Shown piece by piece: positions 49,103-59,916 of a stretch of 64,000 nt of DNA. This DNA comes from an uncultured delta proteobacterium. GTDB taxonomy: Bacteria > Desulfobacterota > Desulfomonilia > Desulfomonilales > Desulfomonilaceae. Location of the stretch: the NCBI GenBank assembly GCA_963789265.1, contig CAWBKB010000001.1, positions 864,001 to 928,000 of the forward strand. Direction: 5' to 3'. The notes beneath the pieces are model-generated. The model did not search any database. It saw only the letters and a program-made list of their open reading frames with translations, and was not told where the DNA came from. The stretch's first letter is position 1. Every line of letters starts with the position of its first letter. Made by a program: the position numbers and the translations under genes.

Positions 49103-49190
49103 TTCGGGACGCCGGCGCTACCGTCCAATTGGCACCGTATTTATTAAAAGCTGCACTTAGGGATTGTCCAGAAACAAGTGGTGCTTAATA

Positions 49191-49222
<32 letters not shown>

Positions 49223-49501
49223 TCCTGTTCCTCGATCCATCTCCGCCAACGGATGCACCAGTTATTGTGGGACAATTCCTTAGCCCAGGTATTCGGGCAC
49301 CTTTTCCTACGTTTTATGTTTAACAAGCTAGTATAATATAGCGTAAACACGATTTGTTTTGACATATAGGTCCTGTCCGTGCTAATGTTGCGCATGCATT
49401 TGTGTGGATGCACTCCGCTGGAATTTTTCTGCAAGCGGCGCAGAGTCGAAAGGCTCCGAAGCCTCGGACGGTCAGTGCTGGCGGCACTGGAGAGAGTTGA
49501 T

Positions 49502-50426
49502 ATGAAATTTTCATTCGCAAGATATAGTGTCCCGATAATAGCGTGTTGGTTCCTCATAAACGCTGGCGGGCCGACCTGGGGGGCCGAGGCGGCCAACATC
49601 ACTTCCGTGCAAGTAGCGCCCGATCTCAAGCAGATAACGATCAGGTGCGACGGTCCCATCGGTAGACACTCAGCCTTTGTCATCCGACAGCCTTTCAGGC
49701 TCGTGGTTGATCTGGAATCCACAGGTTTAGGCAATATTCCTCGCAGGATCAGTGTGGCACGGAATCCTGTGAGTGAAATACGTATCGGATATGCCAATTC
49801 GCGTGCGCGAGTAGTTGTGGATTTCGGCGGGCATCCCGTTCCGTCGTTCAAGATTTACAAACAAAACAATAGTCTGGTAGTGAATCTCGGGATCGGGGCA
49901 GCTATGTCGCAGGCGAGCCCGGCACGTAAGCCTGCCGTAGATTTGCGGAAGGCTCCGCCCCAACCCAAAGTTACGGCGGCCGGTCCAGCCGCTCGAAAGG
50001 CTGACAGTTCAGCGGTTTCCGGTGAAAAGCGCGCGCGTCACAGACGATCTGGTTTTCGTGGAGTTGGCTGACAAAAACGACCCGAAGCGCACCTATAGAC
50101 TGGCAATAGATTTGGATGTGAACAAGTTGCAGGTTCGGAAGGCTACGATCAGTGATTCTCGGGGCCACTCGAGACGGTTCGACCTTGCCCCGGACAATTC
50201 AGGTGCTGAGATTTCCATGCAGCCGATGAGGACCGGCGGGGGACCACGCAGGACGGCGGGTCCTACTGCCGCGCCATCGAGAAATCACCCCAAATTCAGA
50301 TGGGGCATTCAGTCCGGAGCAGACGCAAGGGCGGCAGAAGCGAACTATCATGCCAACGGGCCCTTACGCGTCGAGACTTTTCGGCCCCGGCCGATCCACT
50401 CGGCAAAGATCGACGAGGAGGGGTAA
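49502..50426 (+). pseudogene. Exported AMIN-domain protein, apparently split by a +1 frameshift near 50021
   Basis: Signal peptide; QPFRLVVDL and VSEIRIG...ARVVVD AMIN motifs; downstream ORF 50022-50426 continues in the +1 frame without an RBS. Confidence 0.6.
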
Positions 50427-50582
50427 ATTCGATTGCTTGCACCGGGGAAGTCCTGCTATTATCACGAGTGACGCAGTCGGGGGAACTGCGGATGTCATCC
50501 ACACGGCTTCCAGCCGATACGTTTCAAATGCTCAAACCCAATGCCAACGAAGCTCGACGAGCCCTATGAGGAGGTCGGAACT

Positions 50583-52250
50583 ATGGAGAAACAGGTACGA
50601 AAGATCGCCAAGACCGCGTCTGCTTATCCCTATCCCCTGCTAATCAAACAGTTGCTTCACACGCCGATTCTGTACGCTCCCGATCAAGAGATTGTCTATC
50701 GTGACACGCTGCGTTTCTCATACCGAGACCTGTACAGCAGGATAAATCGGCTCGCTTCCGGGCTTGCCGCTCTGGGGGTCGGCCCCGGAGACACAGTTGC
50801 GGTCCTGGATTGGGATTCTCACCGTTACCTCGAGTGTTTCTTTGCCATACCTATGATGGGGGCTATTATCCACACTGTTAACATTCGCTTGTCTCCGGAG
50901 CAGATGCTCTACACGATGAATCACGCCGAAGATGATGTGGTCCTGGTCCACGAGGATTTCCTGCCCATACTGGAGAGCATTTCAAACCAACTTGCCACTG
51001 TTAAGAAATACATAATCTTCAAGGAGGGGGATGAGAAGCCGGCAACTTCGCTGCCCATAGCTGCGGAATATGAAGAACTGTTGGCACAGTCTTCCGATTC
51101 GTTCGACTTTCCCGAATTCGACGAGGATACGCAGGCTTCAACTTTTTACACAACCGGGACGACCGGTGATCCCAAAGGCGTCTACTACAGTCATCGTCAA
51201 CTGGTGCTGCACACCTTGGGCGCCGCGGTTGCTGCAGCCGGCTACACGGCCCCGGGAAGATTTCAGTCTGGTGACGTGTACATGCCTATCACGCCGATGT
51301 TTCACGTTCACGCCTGGGGGTTCCCTTTTGTTGCAACCATGCTGGGCGCAAAACACGTGTATCCGGGCAGGTACGAACCGGCCATGCTCCTTAAACTCCT
51401 TAAAGACGAGAAAGTCACCTTCTCGCACTGCGTCCCCACCATCCTCCACATGATCCTCTCGAGCCCCGCGGCCAAGGATGTGGACCTAAGGGGCTGGAAG
51501 GTGGTAATAGGCGGAGCCGCTTTCCCAAGAGGGCTGGCAAACGCCGCGATGGAGCGAGGAATCGAGGTCTACGCAGGGTATGGTATGTCAGAGACGTGCC
51601 CGGTCCTGACCATCGCCAACCTCAAGCCTCACATGATGGCATGGGACGCCGAACGGCAAGTTGACATACGAACCAAGACCGGAATGCCGATTCCTCTGGT
51701 CAATCTGGATATCGTTGACGTGGCCACGGGCAAGTCTGTGCCTAGAGACGGGAAGACCACCGGCGAGATTGTAGTGCGCACCCCCTGGCTCACGCAGGGA
51801 TACTTCAAGGACCCCCAAAAATCGGAGGAACTCTGGCAAGGGGGATGGCTCCATACCGGTGATGTCGCCAACATGGAAGAGACCGGGTACGTCCAGATTA
51901 CCGACCGCCTCAAGGATGTTATCAAGACTGGAGGCGAATGGATTTCGTCCTTGCTTCTGGAGAGTTTGATCAGTCAGCATCAGGCGGTTTCCGAAGTTGC
52001 CGTCATAGGCGTGCCGGACGACAAATGGGGAGAACGGCCTATGGCAATGGTGGTGCCGAAGCCGGAGTTCATGAGTGCCATATCCGCGGACGAACTCCGG
52101 GAATTTATGCACAAGTTTGTAGCGGAAGGCCAGATCTCAAAATGGGGAGTTCCCGACGCGTTTGTCATGGTGGATCAGATTCCTAAGACCAGCGTGGGCA
52201 AGATCGATAAGAAAGTAATAAAGAGGGGCGTAGCCGAGGGCTTATACTAA
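50583..52250 (+). CDS. Medium/long-chain fatty acid-CoA ligase (paralog of 10297-11997)
   Basis: [50 protein letters not shown]. Confidence 0.93.
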   Translation: MEKQVRKIAKTASAYPYPLLIKQLLHTPILYAPDQEIVYRDTLRFSYRDLYSRINRLASGLAALGVGPGDTVAVLDWDSHRYLECFFAIPMMGAIIHTVNIRLSPEQMLYTMNHAEDDVVLVHEDFLPILESISNQLATVKKYIIFKEGDEKPATSLPIAAEYEELLAQSSDSFDFPEFDEDTQASTFYTTGTTGDPKGVYYSHRQLVLHTLGAAVAAAGYTAPGRFQSGDVYMPITPMFHVHAWGFPFVATMLGAKHVYPGRYEPAMLLKLLKDEKVTFSHCVPTILHMILSSPAAKDVDLRGWKVVIGGAAFPRGLANAAMERGIEVYAGYGMSETCPVLTIANLKPHMMAWDAERQVDIRTKTGMPIPLVNLDIVDVATGKSVPRDGKTTGEIVVRTPWLTQGYFKDPQKSEELWQGGWLHTGDVANMEETGYVQITDRLKDVIKTGGEWISSLLLESLISQHQAVSEVAVIGVPDDKWGERPMAMVVPKPEFMSAISADELREFMHKFVAEGQISKWGVPDAFVMVDQIPKTSVGKIDKKVIKRGVAEGLY

Positions 52251-52380
52251 AGCAATTGCCTAATATGATGTCCTCTCATGCATCCGATGCATAGGTTTTG
52301 AAGAGGTTGCCGTAGGGAGCGGGTTTCAAACCCGCCCTTGCGCTCCTACCGTACAACTACAGACAAGGTGAAGGGAGAGT

Positions 52381-53358
52381 ATGATAGCCAAGAACAGTGG
52401 CAAACTGACACTTGTCACGGGCGGAGCCGGTTTTATCGGGAGCCACATAGTCGCGGGCCTGCTTGATCGAGGCGATGCGGTCCGCGTCTTCGACAACTTG
52501 AGTACGGGTAAGAGAGAAAATCTCGAAAACCTGTGCAATGGGCGTTGGAAAGTCCATCGAGACTTTGAATTCATAGAAGGGGACATTCGGGACACCGCAG
52601 CATTGGACAAAAGCGTAGCAGGGGTCGATGCAATTCTCCATCAGGCCGCCTTGGGAAGTGTTCCTCGGTCCGTGAAAGATCCGGCCACGACGCAGTGCGT
52701 CAATGCGGATGGAACCCTTAACGTCTTCTGGGCTTCCTGCAAAAATCAAGTTTCCCGTGTGGTATATGCCTCTTCTTCGGCCGTGTATGGCGACAGCCAA
52801 ATTCTGCCTAAACGCGAAGGGACGGAAGGTTTTCCGCTATCCCCTTATGCGCTGACAAAAAGGAACAACGAAGAATACGGGCGCCTTTTCAAGGACCTCT
52901 ACGATTTCGAAACCATAGGACTCCGTTATTTCAACGTGTACGGTCCCAGGCAAGATCCGCAGTCGCAATACGCGGCGGTAATTCCACGCTTCATAAGCGC
53001 TCTGCTTTCCGGGAATCAGCCGGTTATCTACGGCAGCGGCCGTCAAAGCCGTGACTTTACCTATGTGAAAGACGTGGTAAAGGCGAATCTTCTCGCACTG
53101 GAGGCTCCTCCGGCCGTGTGTGGCGAGGCTTACAATATAGGTCGCGGGGACCGGGCAGACCTGCTCACCCTGCTCGATACCCTGCAAAGTCTTTTGGGTA
53201 CCAGTATTGAAGCTAAATTTGATCCGCCTCGGCCGGGCGATGTCATGCATTCTTCCGCGGACACTTCCCGGGCTAGTGAGAAGTTGGGCTTTAATGCTGC
53301 CTACGATTTGCGCAGCGGTTTGGAGCAGAGTATCGAGTGGTACAAGAACAACCTTTGA
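52381..53358 (+). CDS. NAD-dependent nucleotide-sugar epimerase (WbpP/GalE-like extended SDR)
   Basis: TGGAGFIGSH, HQAALGSVPRS, YASSSAVYG, YALTK, RYFNVYGPRQ. Confidence 0.9.
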   Translation: MIAKNSGKLTLVTGGAGFIGSHIVAGLLDRGDAVRVFDNLSTGKRENLENLCNGRWKVHRDFEFIEGDIRDTAALDKSVAGVDAILHQAALGSVPRSVKDPATTQCVNADGTLNVFWASCKNQVSRVVYASSSAVYGDSQILPKREGTEGFPLSPYALTKRNNEEYGRLFKDLYDFETIGLRYFNVYGPRQDPQSQYAAVIPRFISALLSGNQPVIYGSGRQSRDFTYVKDVVKANLLALEAPPAVCGEAYNIGRGDRADLLTLLDTLQSLLGTSIEAKFDPPRPGDVMHSSADTSRASEKLGFNAAYDLRSGLEQSIEWYKNNL

Positions 53359-53649
53359 TACTGATTCATGTCAGTTGGCGGTATAGTCGTTGCCAAAAGT
53401 TTTGTCCGTTTTGCCCTGCGTTTCGCCAGGTCGCCCTGGGCTTCTATCCCGCGGTAGCGCCGGTGTCCCTGCCGGTGACTAATAAATAACCGGCATCCCG
53501 CGTCTCGTGGGACCGGTCCTACGGCGCGCTGTGGGAATGACAGCAAAGGGCTCCTCGCCAACTCTTCAAAATTCTATTCATCATATGGACAAAAGGACAT
53601 CATTTTGGGCAACCGCTATAGAGCCGGAGAGGCACGCTGGATGGACTGC

Positions 53650-53726
53650 AAGAAAAGAAAACCCGGAGCGGGGTCAGGAAGGAGCGCCGGGTTTTCGACC
53701 AAGCCCAGCCTCACGGCTGGTAGGTT
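53650..53726 (-). ncRNA. Candidate ~75-nt small RNA
   Basis: Minus strand TTGACA-18 nt-TATCAT with TG extended -10 (53761-53732), hairpin CCAGCC-GTGA-GGCTGG, terminator-like GAAAACCCGG...CCGGGTTTTC followed by TTTTCTT. Confidence 0.5.
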
Positions 53727-54206
53727 TTGTTATGATAACACAGACATAACAAAAATGTCAATGATGTCTTTTTGATAAAGTGTGCATTCCTTGCGTCTGT
53801 CTAATGAAAGCCCGCTCGTGCAGTACATAAAAAAAGAGTCCGACCCTAACCCCTATACCCTCTGCCGGACCCTAATACATGCCGGAACCAAAACATCCCG
53901 GACAACTGAATTGAAGATAAATGAACGCACACAAAATACACACCTGCATGCTTTTTGTCAAACTATAAACTACTTTAAGACACTTAGCTCAATAATCTCA
54001 AAAGGTGCGATCATCATCTTAATACTGTTTCTCGGATATTAAGAGGAATCACGTACATGCCTTCCGGCCGGTTAGGGCCCGGCATGCAGGGCCGTGCTGC
54101 CGGCCTCGGAAGCGGTTCCGCGTCTTAGAGGGGTTTTATTTGGAAATCATCCGCAGACATGATATGAATTACGCCTCGTCATTCCTCTTTGCAGGAGGGC
54201 CCTCTT

Positions 54207-55085
54207 GTGAGAACTTTCCAGTATCTCAAGCCTACCTCTCTGGCAGAAGCTCTGGATCTCTTGAAAACATGCGGAGACAAAGCCAAGGTGATCGTGGGCG
54301 GAACCGATCTCATGATTCAGTGGAAAAAGAAACTCGTATCGCCTGATTGTCTCATCTCTCTGAGGAACGTGCCGGAGCTTAATTTCATCAATTTCGACGG
54401 CAAGTTGAGAATCGGAAGCGCTACCACTCATAGATCGCTGGAGCTGTCTCCGGAGATTCGCAAGTGGTTCCCGGTGATCTCGGACGCAGTAAGCGGACTG
54501 GGTTCGGTTCAGGTGAGAAACTCCGCCACCATAGGCGGAAACCTCTGCAACGCCGCGCCTTCGGCAGATACAGCCCCCCCTATGCTGGTCCTCGAGGCTG
54601 AGGTCAAAATCGCTTCTCCAGCCGGAGAGAGATTAGTCTCTATCGAAAAATTTTCCACTGGGCCCGGCAGGACCGTCCTTCAATCCGGGGAGATTGTCAG
54701 CGAGTTCTCCATCCCCCAGCCGCTTCCCAATACCGGCATGGCTTACACAAAACACACTCGGCGAAAAGCTATGGACCTTCCCATTCTGGGGGTGGCCGCG
54801 TTGATTTCCTTCAATGACGACTTGAAAACGTGTGCAGGAGCGCGAATCGCGCTGGGCGTGGCCGCTCCCACCCCCATGAGAGCCAGGAAAGCTGAAGCCT
54901 TCCTTGAGGGGAAAAGGATCAATGAGACTGTTTTGGCGGAAGCGGGAGAGATGGCCGCGTCCGAAGCGAGCCCGCGAACTACCATTCGAGGTTCCGAATG
55001 GTACCGCCGAGATATGATCCGAGTGCTGGTCAAACGCACCGGCATGGTTTGCCTGCAGAGAGCGAAAGGAGACGGCAAACAATGA
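54207..55085 (+). CDS. Xanthine dehydrogenase family FAD-binding subunit
   Basis: VGGTDL, QVRNSATIGGNLCNAAPSAD, RIALGVAAPTP. Confidence 0.93.
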   Translation: MRTFQYLKPTSLAEALDLLKTCGDKAKVIVGGTDLMIQWKKKLVSPDCLISLRNVPELNFINFDGKLRIGSATTHRSLELSPEIRKWFPVISDAVSGLGSVQVRNSATIGGNLCNAAPSADTAPPMLVLEAEVKIASPAGERLVSIEKFSTGPGRTVLQSGEIVSEFSIPQPLPNTGMAYTKHTRRKAMDLPILGVAALISFNDDLKTCAGARIALGVAAPTPMRARKAEAFLEGKRINETVLAEAGEMAASEASPRTTIRGSEWYRRDMIRVLVKRTGMVCLQRAKGDGKQ

Positions 55086-55558
55086 AGCAGACTCTAAGGT
55101 TCGCGGTAAACGGTCACGCGGTGGAAGTTGAGACTCAGCCGCACTGGCCTCTCTTGCGAGTGCTGCGTGACGAGTTGGACCTGATGGGCGTCAAGCAGGG
55201 ATGCGGCGAAGGCGAATGCGGCGCGTGCACAGTCCTGGTCAATGGCGCCCCGGTGAATAGTTGCATATACCCGGCATTGGAAGCTGAAGGCAAAGAAGTG
55301 CTGACAATTGAAGGTTTGCTCGGCAAGAACAACGAACTCCATCCCATACAGCAGGCATTTCTGGAAAAGGCCGGCGTTCAATGCGGCTTCTGCACTCCCG
55401 GCATGATCATGTCCGCGAAAGCCCTGCTTGACAAGAACCTTAACCCCACAGAAGACGAAATAAGACACGCAATAGCAGGAAACATGTGCCGGTGCACCGG
55501 TTACGTCCAAATAGTCGAGTCCGTGATGCTCGCGGCTGAGATAATGTCAAAGCGGTAA
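55082..55558 (+). CDS. Xanthine dehydrogenase family (2Fe-2S) subunit
   Basis: GCGEGECGACTV, QCGFCTPG, GNMCRCTGY; ATGA overlap with the FAD subunit gene. Confidence 0.95.
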   Translation: MKQTLRFAVNGHAVEVETQPHWPLLRVLRDELDLMGVKQGCGEGECGACTVLVNGAPVNSCIYPALEAEGKEVLTIEGLLGKNNELHPIQQAFLEKAGVQCGFCTPGMIMSAKALLDKNLNPTEDEIRHAIAGNMCRCTGYVQIVESVMLAAEIMSKR

Positions 55559-55560
55559 GA

Positions 55561-55878
55561 TTGGGGGAACCTTCTTTGTAAAGAAGGTTCCCCCAAACCC
55601 CCTCCAAGAAACTTTTAACATTTTGTTGGGATGGCCACCTCGCCTGCGAAGGCGAGGTGGCCATCCCAACAAAGGTTGGAAGCTTCTGGCAGCGGTTCAG
55701 GATAGGACCTCTTCACGAGCAAGGCCACCAATCTCACCCCTTTGAGGGACCATTTAAGTGCGGTAGGACATGCAGCAAAGGTTAAGATTCGGCAGTCCGG
55801 TCGTACTAGGAGCCGAAAAATAGAAGTTTTTGGGGAGGGGTCCGGGGAGGGACTTTTTACAAAAAGTCCCTCCCCGGC
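55561..55878. repeat. Multi-palindrome insert inside the xdh-like operon
   Basis: Perfect hairpins at 55561-55596, 55622-55673 (23-bp arms) and 55842-55878. Confidence 0.7.
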
Positions 55879-55932
55879 AATTCTCTAAGAAATTCATAAG
55901 TTTTTGCACCGCCTTTAGGCGAGGAGTTGAAA

Positions 55933-58311
55933 ATGGGAGAGTTATTTGTAGGGAAGTCATATCCGAGGATGGACCGGGACAAGGTCACAGGTAGAGCGGC
56001 ATACATAACCGATATTCGCCTGCCTCGAATGCTCCACGGAAAGATCCTCTACAGCACGCGGCCTCACGCGCGGATCAAGAGCATAGACACTTCCAAGGCC
56101 GAACAATTGCACGGGGTCAGGGCGGTCTTGACGGGTTTCAACACGCCCGATGTGAGGGTTGGCTTCCTCGGCGATCAGACTCCTCTGAAAAAGGACAAGG
56201 TGCGACAGTTCAGGGATGAGGTCGCCGCTGTGGCCGCGATCGACGAAGACATCGCGGAGGAGGCTATCAGTCTTATCAAGGTTGAGTATGAGGACCTCCC
56301 CGCGGTTTTCGATCCCATTGAGGCTATGAAAAAGGACGCGCCGCTTGTCCACGAATTCGATGCAAGAGGCAAGCCGCGACGAAGCAACATTCTACCATTG
56401 CCTTGGAAATTGGCTGCCGGCGATGTGGACAAGGCTCGAGATGAATCGGCCTTCGTGGTCAAGGACACTTTTTCCACACAGTGGGTTCATCAGACCTGCA
56501 TGGGCACGAGCGGCGGCATTGCCGAGTTCGATGTGAACAACAATCTGATTTTCAGAAGCGTCACCAATGTTCCATTCGGCGGCAAGGACCGTCTCGACAT
56601 GTTCCTGCGAAACATAGGTATCAAAGGAAGCACTCGGATATTGACTCCTTATGTGGGCGGAAGTTTCGGCAGCAAGCTTGACACGGATGTATACGAATTC
56701 ATTCTGGTGCTGCTCGCGTGGGAGACTAAATGCCCGGTGAAGATCGTATTCAGCCGAAACGAGGAGTTTGTTGCAAGCCCGCCCAGGCAGCCGACAATCG
56801 CCACGGTGGAGCAGGGGTGTGACAAGGATGGCCGGTTGACCTTCAGGAAGGTCGATATGATTCTGGATAACGGCGCTTACACTTCATGGGGCGCCACAAC
56901 GCCGTCCGTGATGATGCTGCCTGTTTCGTCTCTGTATCGTGTGCCAAATGTGCAGTACCAGGCAACCTGTGTGTATACCAACAATATCTATGCGCAGGCT
57001 ATGAGAGGTTACGGCAATCCGCAGGCCACGTTTGTGGTCGAGCAGTCCATGGATCAATTGGCAGAAGAGGCGAAGATCGACCCGATGGAGTTTCGAGCCA
57101 TTAATGCGAACGAACCGTACGAAACATCGCCCATGGGCCTGAAGATCACGACCTGCCCTATGAAAGAGTGCCTGAATGAGGTCAAACAGCGCTTGGACTG
57201 GTCCACGAAACACGGCAAGAAGAACGGCCGCGGAGTCGGCGTTGCTTCGTTTCTTCATGTGGGTGGAGGCGCGCGAGTTTACCTGTCCGACGCGCAGGGA
57301 ATAATTCTCAAGGTTGATGATGATGCCAAACTTTCCGTTATCACGGGCGGCACCGATCAGGGTCAGGGGTCTGAGACCATTATCCGACAGATGGTTGCGG
57401 AGGCCACTGGCTTCCGGCCTGAGGACGTGTCCATCTTTCTCGGCGATACCGAGGTATGCCCTTGGGACGTCGGAACTCACGCCAGTCGCCATGCCTTTAT
57501 AACGGGGCACGCGATCCTGCTCGCGGGGCAAGATCTGAAGCGCAAGGTCCTGGAGCTTGCGGCCAAGTGGATGCAGACGCTCATAGAGCAGGATTTCCAG
57601 AAGAAGGCCCGAAGAGACCCGGATTTCAAGCCGCCGGAATTGGATTACAGCATTCTTGCCGATCCGTACAACTTGGACCTCCAGAACAGCACGATTTTCC
57701 TGAAAAGCGACCCGGACAATGCGTATTTTCGCATGCCCGCGGCACGGATACTCCGAAAAGCCCACATGGTCGGAACTGGAAAAGGGGAGATGGTAGTGTC
57801 CGAAGCCTTCTACGACCCGCCCAACGAGATGCTTGACCGGGAAGGGAAGGGGAACCTTTCGTGCTGTTACACCTTTGGCGCTCACGGCGTGGAAGTGGAA
57901 GTGGACACTGAAACCGGCCAGGTGACCATACAGAATTACGTGGCAGCGCACGACGTGGGCCGAGCTATCAATCCCATGCTGGTAAAAGGGCAGATCTACG
58001 GCGCAACAATCATGGGCGCGGGTTACGGCTTAACTGAGGAGATCCAGGTGAACCACGGCCGTGTAATGAATGCCAACCTTCTCGACTACAAGATCCTTAC
58101 AGCCAAGGACAAGATCCCCATTGACGCTGTCATCATCGAGCCCATCGAGCCCACCGGCCCGTTCGGCGCTAAGGGTATCGGAGAGCCCGCGTGCGTCCCG
58201 AGCGCTCCAGCCATCGCGAACGCGATTTATGACGCTGTGGGAATAAGGATAAAGGATTTGCCTATAACACCGGAGAAGATTTTGAAGGCGTTGAAAGAGA
58301 AGCGGAAATAA
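55933..58311 (+). CDS. Xanthine dehydrogenase family molybdopterin-binding subunit
   Basis: KVTGRAAY, VGGSFGSK, AMRGYGNPQ, HDVGRAINP, GAKGIGEP, LPITPEKI. Confidence 0.95.
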   Translation: MGELFVGKSYPRMDRDKVTGRAAYITDIRLPRMLHGKILYSTRPHARIKSIDTSKAEQLHGVRAVLTGFNTPDVRVGFLGDQTPLKKDKVRQFRDEVAAVAAIDEDIAEEAISLIKVEYEDLPAVFDPIEAMKKDAPLVHEFDARGKPRRSNILPLPWKLAAGDVDKARDESAFVVKDTFSTQWVHQTCMGTSGGIAEFDVNNNLIFRSVTNVPFGGKDRLDMFLRNIGIKGSTRILTPYVGGSFGSKLDTDVYEFILVLLAWETKCPVKIVFSRNEEFVASPPRQPTIATVEQGCDKDGRLTFRKVDMILDNGAYTSWGATTPSVMMLPVSSLYRVPNVQYQATCVYTNNIYAQAMRGYGNPQATFVVEQSMDQLAEEAKIDPMEFRAINANEPYETSPMGLKITTCPMKECLNEVKQRLDWSTKHGKKNGRGVGVASFLHVGGGARVYLSDAQGIILKVDDDAKLSVITGGTDQGQGSETIIRQMVAEATGFRPEDVSIFLGDTEVCPWDVGTHASRHAFITGHAILLAGQDLKRKVLELAAKWMQTLIEQDFQKKARRDPDFKPPELDYSILADPYNLDLQNSTIFLKSDPDNAYFRMPAARILRKAHMVGTGKGEMVVSEAFYDPPNEMLDREGKGNLSCCYTFGAHGVEVEVDTETGQVTIQNYVAAHDVGRAINPMLVKGQIYGATIMGAGYGLTEEIQVNHGRVMNANLLDYKILTAKDKIPIDAVIIEPIEPTGPFGAKGIGEPACVPSAPAIANAIYDAVGIRIKDLPITPEKILKALKEKRK

Positions 58312-58488
58312 AAGCCTTTTTTGTCACCTACTTGGACACCTTAGCCGGTTCCATTGAGACCGAGGAGGTGCGGTGAAAGAAGTGAACCACATAGAGAGTG
58401 AGAAAAAAGCCGATGATGCGGTTCCCCCGCGACCCCTGGGGCCTCCACATCCTATCGCGAGTTCTAAGGCCCTCGATCGTGAGATCAC

Positions 58489-59862
58489 ATGCTCCATGAC
58501 GCTTTTATAAGCCACGCATCCGAAGATAAGGATGCGTTCGTCCGCCCCCTGGCGAACGCATTGCGTGCCCAAAATGTTGCGGTGTGGTTTGACGAATTTG
58601 AGCTAAAGGTTGGTAGCTCCCTTCGCCGATCCATAGATTTGGGTCTATCGAGATCCCGATTTGGTATTCTGATTCTAAGCAAGGCATTCTTCGGAAGACG
58701 TTGGCCAGAATGGGAACTGGACGGCTTGGTGCAGCGTCAGATGTCGGCATCTGAACCAGTCCTTCTTCCGATCTGGCTGGATGTGACCTACGAAGATGTT
58801 CTAGGGTTTTCGCCTTCCTTGGCCGATAAGTATGCCTTGCGTGCAGAACAGGGACTTGATCGAATCGTACCTCAACTGCTGGAAGTGATAAAACCTCAGG
58901 GATCTTCTCTCGTTGTGGCTCGAGACCGTCTGGTTGAACTGGGCTATGATCCGCCTGTGGTCACGGATGACTGGTGGCACAATGCTATAGAGAAATGCGC
59001 TTCCCATCCTATGGATGAACACTGGGGGTTCCCGTTACCATCCGGAGGTCAAACCGCACAAGAAAGAGGAGAAAGAATAGCCTGGGCTGCTTTACAGTTG
59101 CATTGGCAGAAGAATTCCGCGTTTGAGAGGATGACGCAGATAACACGCCCCGGCGAGGTACACGATTTTATTGGGCGTATGCCAGGCTTAGCTGAAGCCT
59201 GCTTCGAGTACCCCGACTATTTAGCCTCCTATGTTCCTCAGCTCACACTGCCTGGATTTGGTGGTATCTTTGAAGAAGTATTCAATAGCTGGCTTCATCA
59301 TTCCCGAATGGTGCAGGAGAAGGAAAGACAGAGCGGTTCCTCGACGGGAAGAGCTCTTACCGTGGACGGTCATGTCCCTCTTTGCGATCTTCCTATAGCC
59401 CTTCACGACCCGTCTCTTGGGAATTACCAACCGGACGTACTCGCCTGTCTTTTTGTTCAAGGCGAACTTATGGGTCCACCGGTGAAGGTCTACGATTACA
59501 TTGACTATGCCTTGTGGCTCTTGTCGCATGCCAGCAAGTGGCTGCCTGCAGGCGTCAGGGGTTTCCTTCTAACGGGAATGAAAGAATGGGCAGTATGGCC
59601 CTGGTCAGGGTACGAAAATGACTCTGACTTTCCACGCAACAATTCTACGGGTAGTCTGCAGAACGATTTGATGCGAAGCAAGGGCTACAGTACTTTCAAA
59701 CTCAGTAAGAAAGGGCGTCGAGACTTAAACAATCGGGTTGAGCACTCTATCAATATACTCCAATTACCGGAGGAGGTTTCTGTGCTCAGTGAGCTATTCC
59801 TTACCAACGGTTTTGTACAGGCTTGGTTCAGACGCCGGGGAAGGCAAAAAAGGAGCACCTGA
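58489..59862 (+). CDS. TIR-domain protein with uncharacterised ~320-aa C-terminal region
   Basis: DAFISHASEDK...VWFDEFELKVG.SL..SID.GL..SRFGILILS..FF...WPEWEL...LPIW. Confidence 0.88.
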   Translation: MLHDAFISHASEDKDAFVRPLANALRAQNVAVWFDEFELKVGSSLRRSIDLGLSRSRFGILILSKAFFGRRWPEWELDGLVQRQMSASEPVLLPIWLDVTYEDVLGFSPSLADKYALRAEQGLDRIVPQLLEVIKPQGSSLVVARDRLVELGYDPPVVTDDWWHNAIEKCASHPMDEHWGFPLPSGGQTAQERGERIAWAALQLHWQKNSAFERMTQITRPGEVHDFIGRMPGLAEACFEYPDYLASYVPQLTLPGFGGIFEEVFNSWLHHSRMVQEKERQSGSSTGRALTVDGHVPLCDLPIALHDPSLGNYQPDVLACLFVQGELMGPPVKVYDYIDYALWLLSHASKWLPAGVRGFLLTGMKEWAVWPWSGYENDSDFPRNNSTGSLQNDLMRSKGYSTFKLSKKGRRDLNNRVEHSINILQLPEEVSVLSELFLTNGFVQAWFRRRGRQKRST

Positions 59863-59916
59863 TATAATGGATTGGTCTCTGGCTCCAGATCATGGGGACG
59901 AAACTACAGTCTGATT

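Noticed and set aside
53670..53690. GGGTCAGGAAGGAGC resembling SRP RNA domain IV
   Set aside because: Lacks the CAGG-stem-GGAA-stem-AGCAG arrangement and the long helix; better explained as a minus-strand terminator loop
54207..58311. 4-hydroxybenzoyl-CoA reductase or CO dehydrogenase assignment
   Set aside because: FAD subunit lacks the HcrB [4Fe-4S] Cys insertion and the large subunit lacks the CoxL AYxCSFR loop; substrate left unassigned
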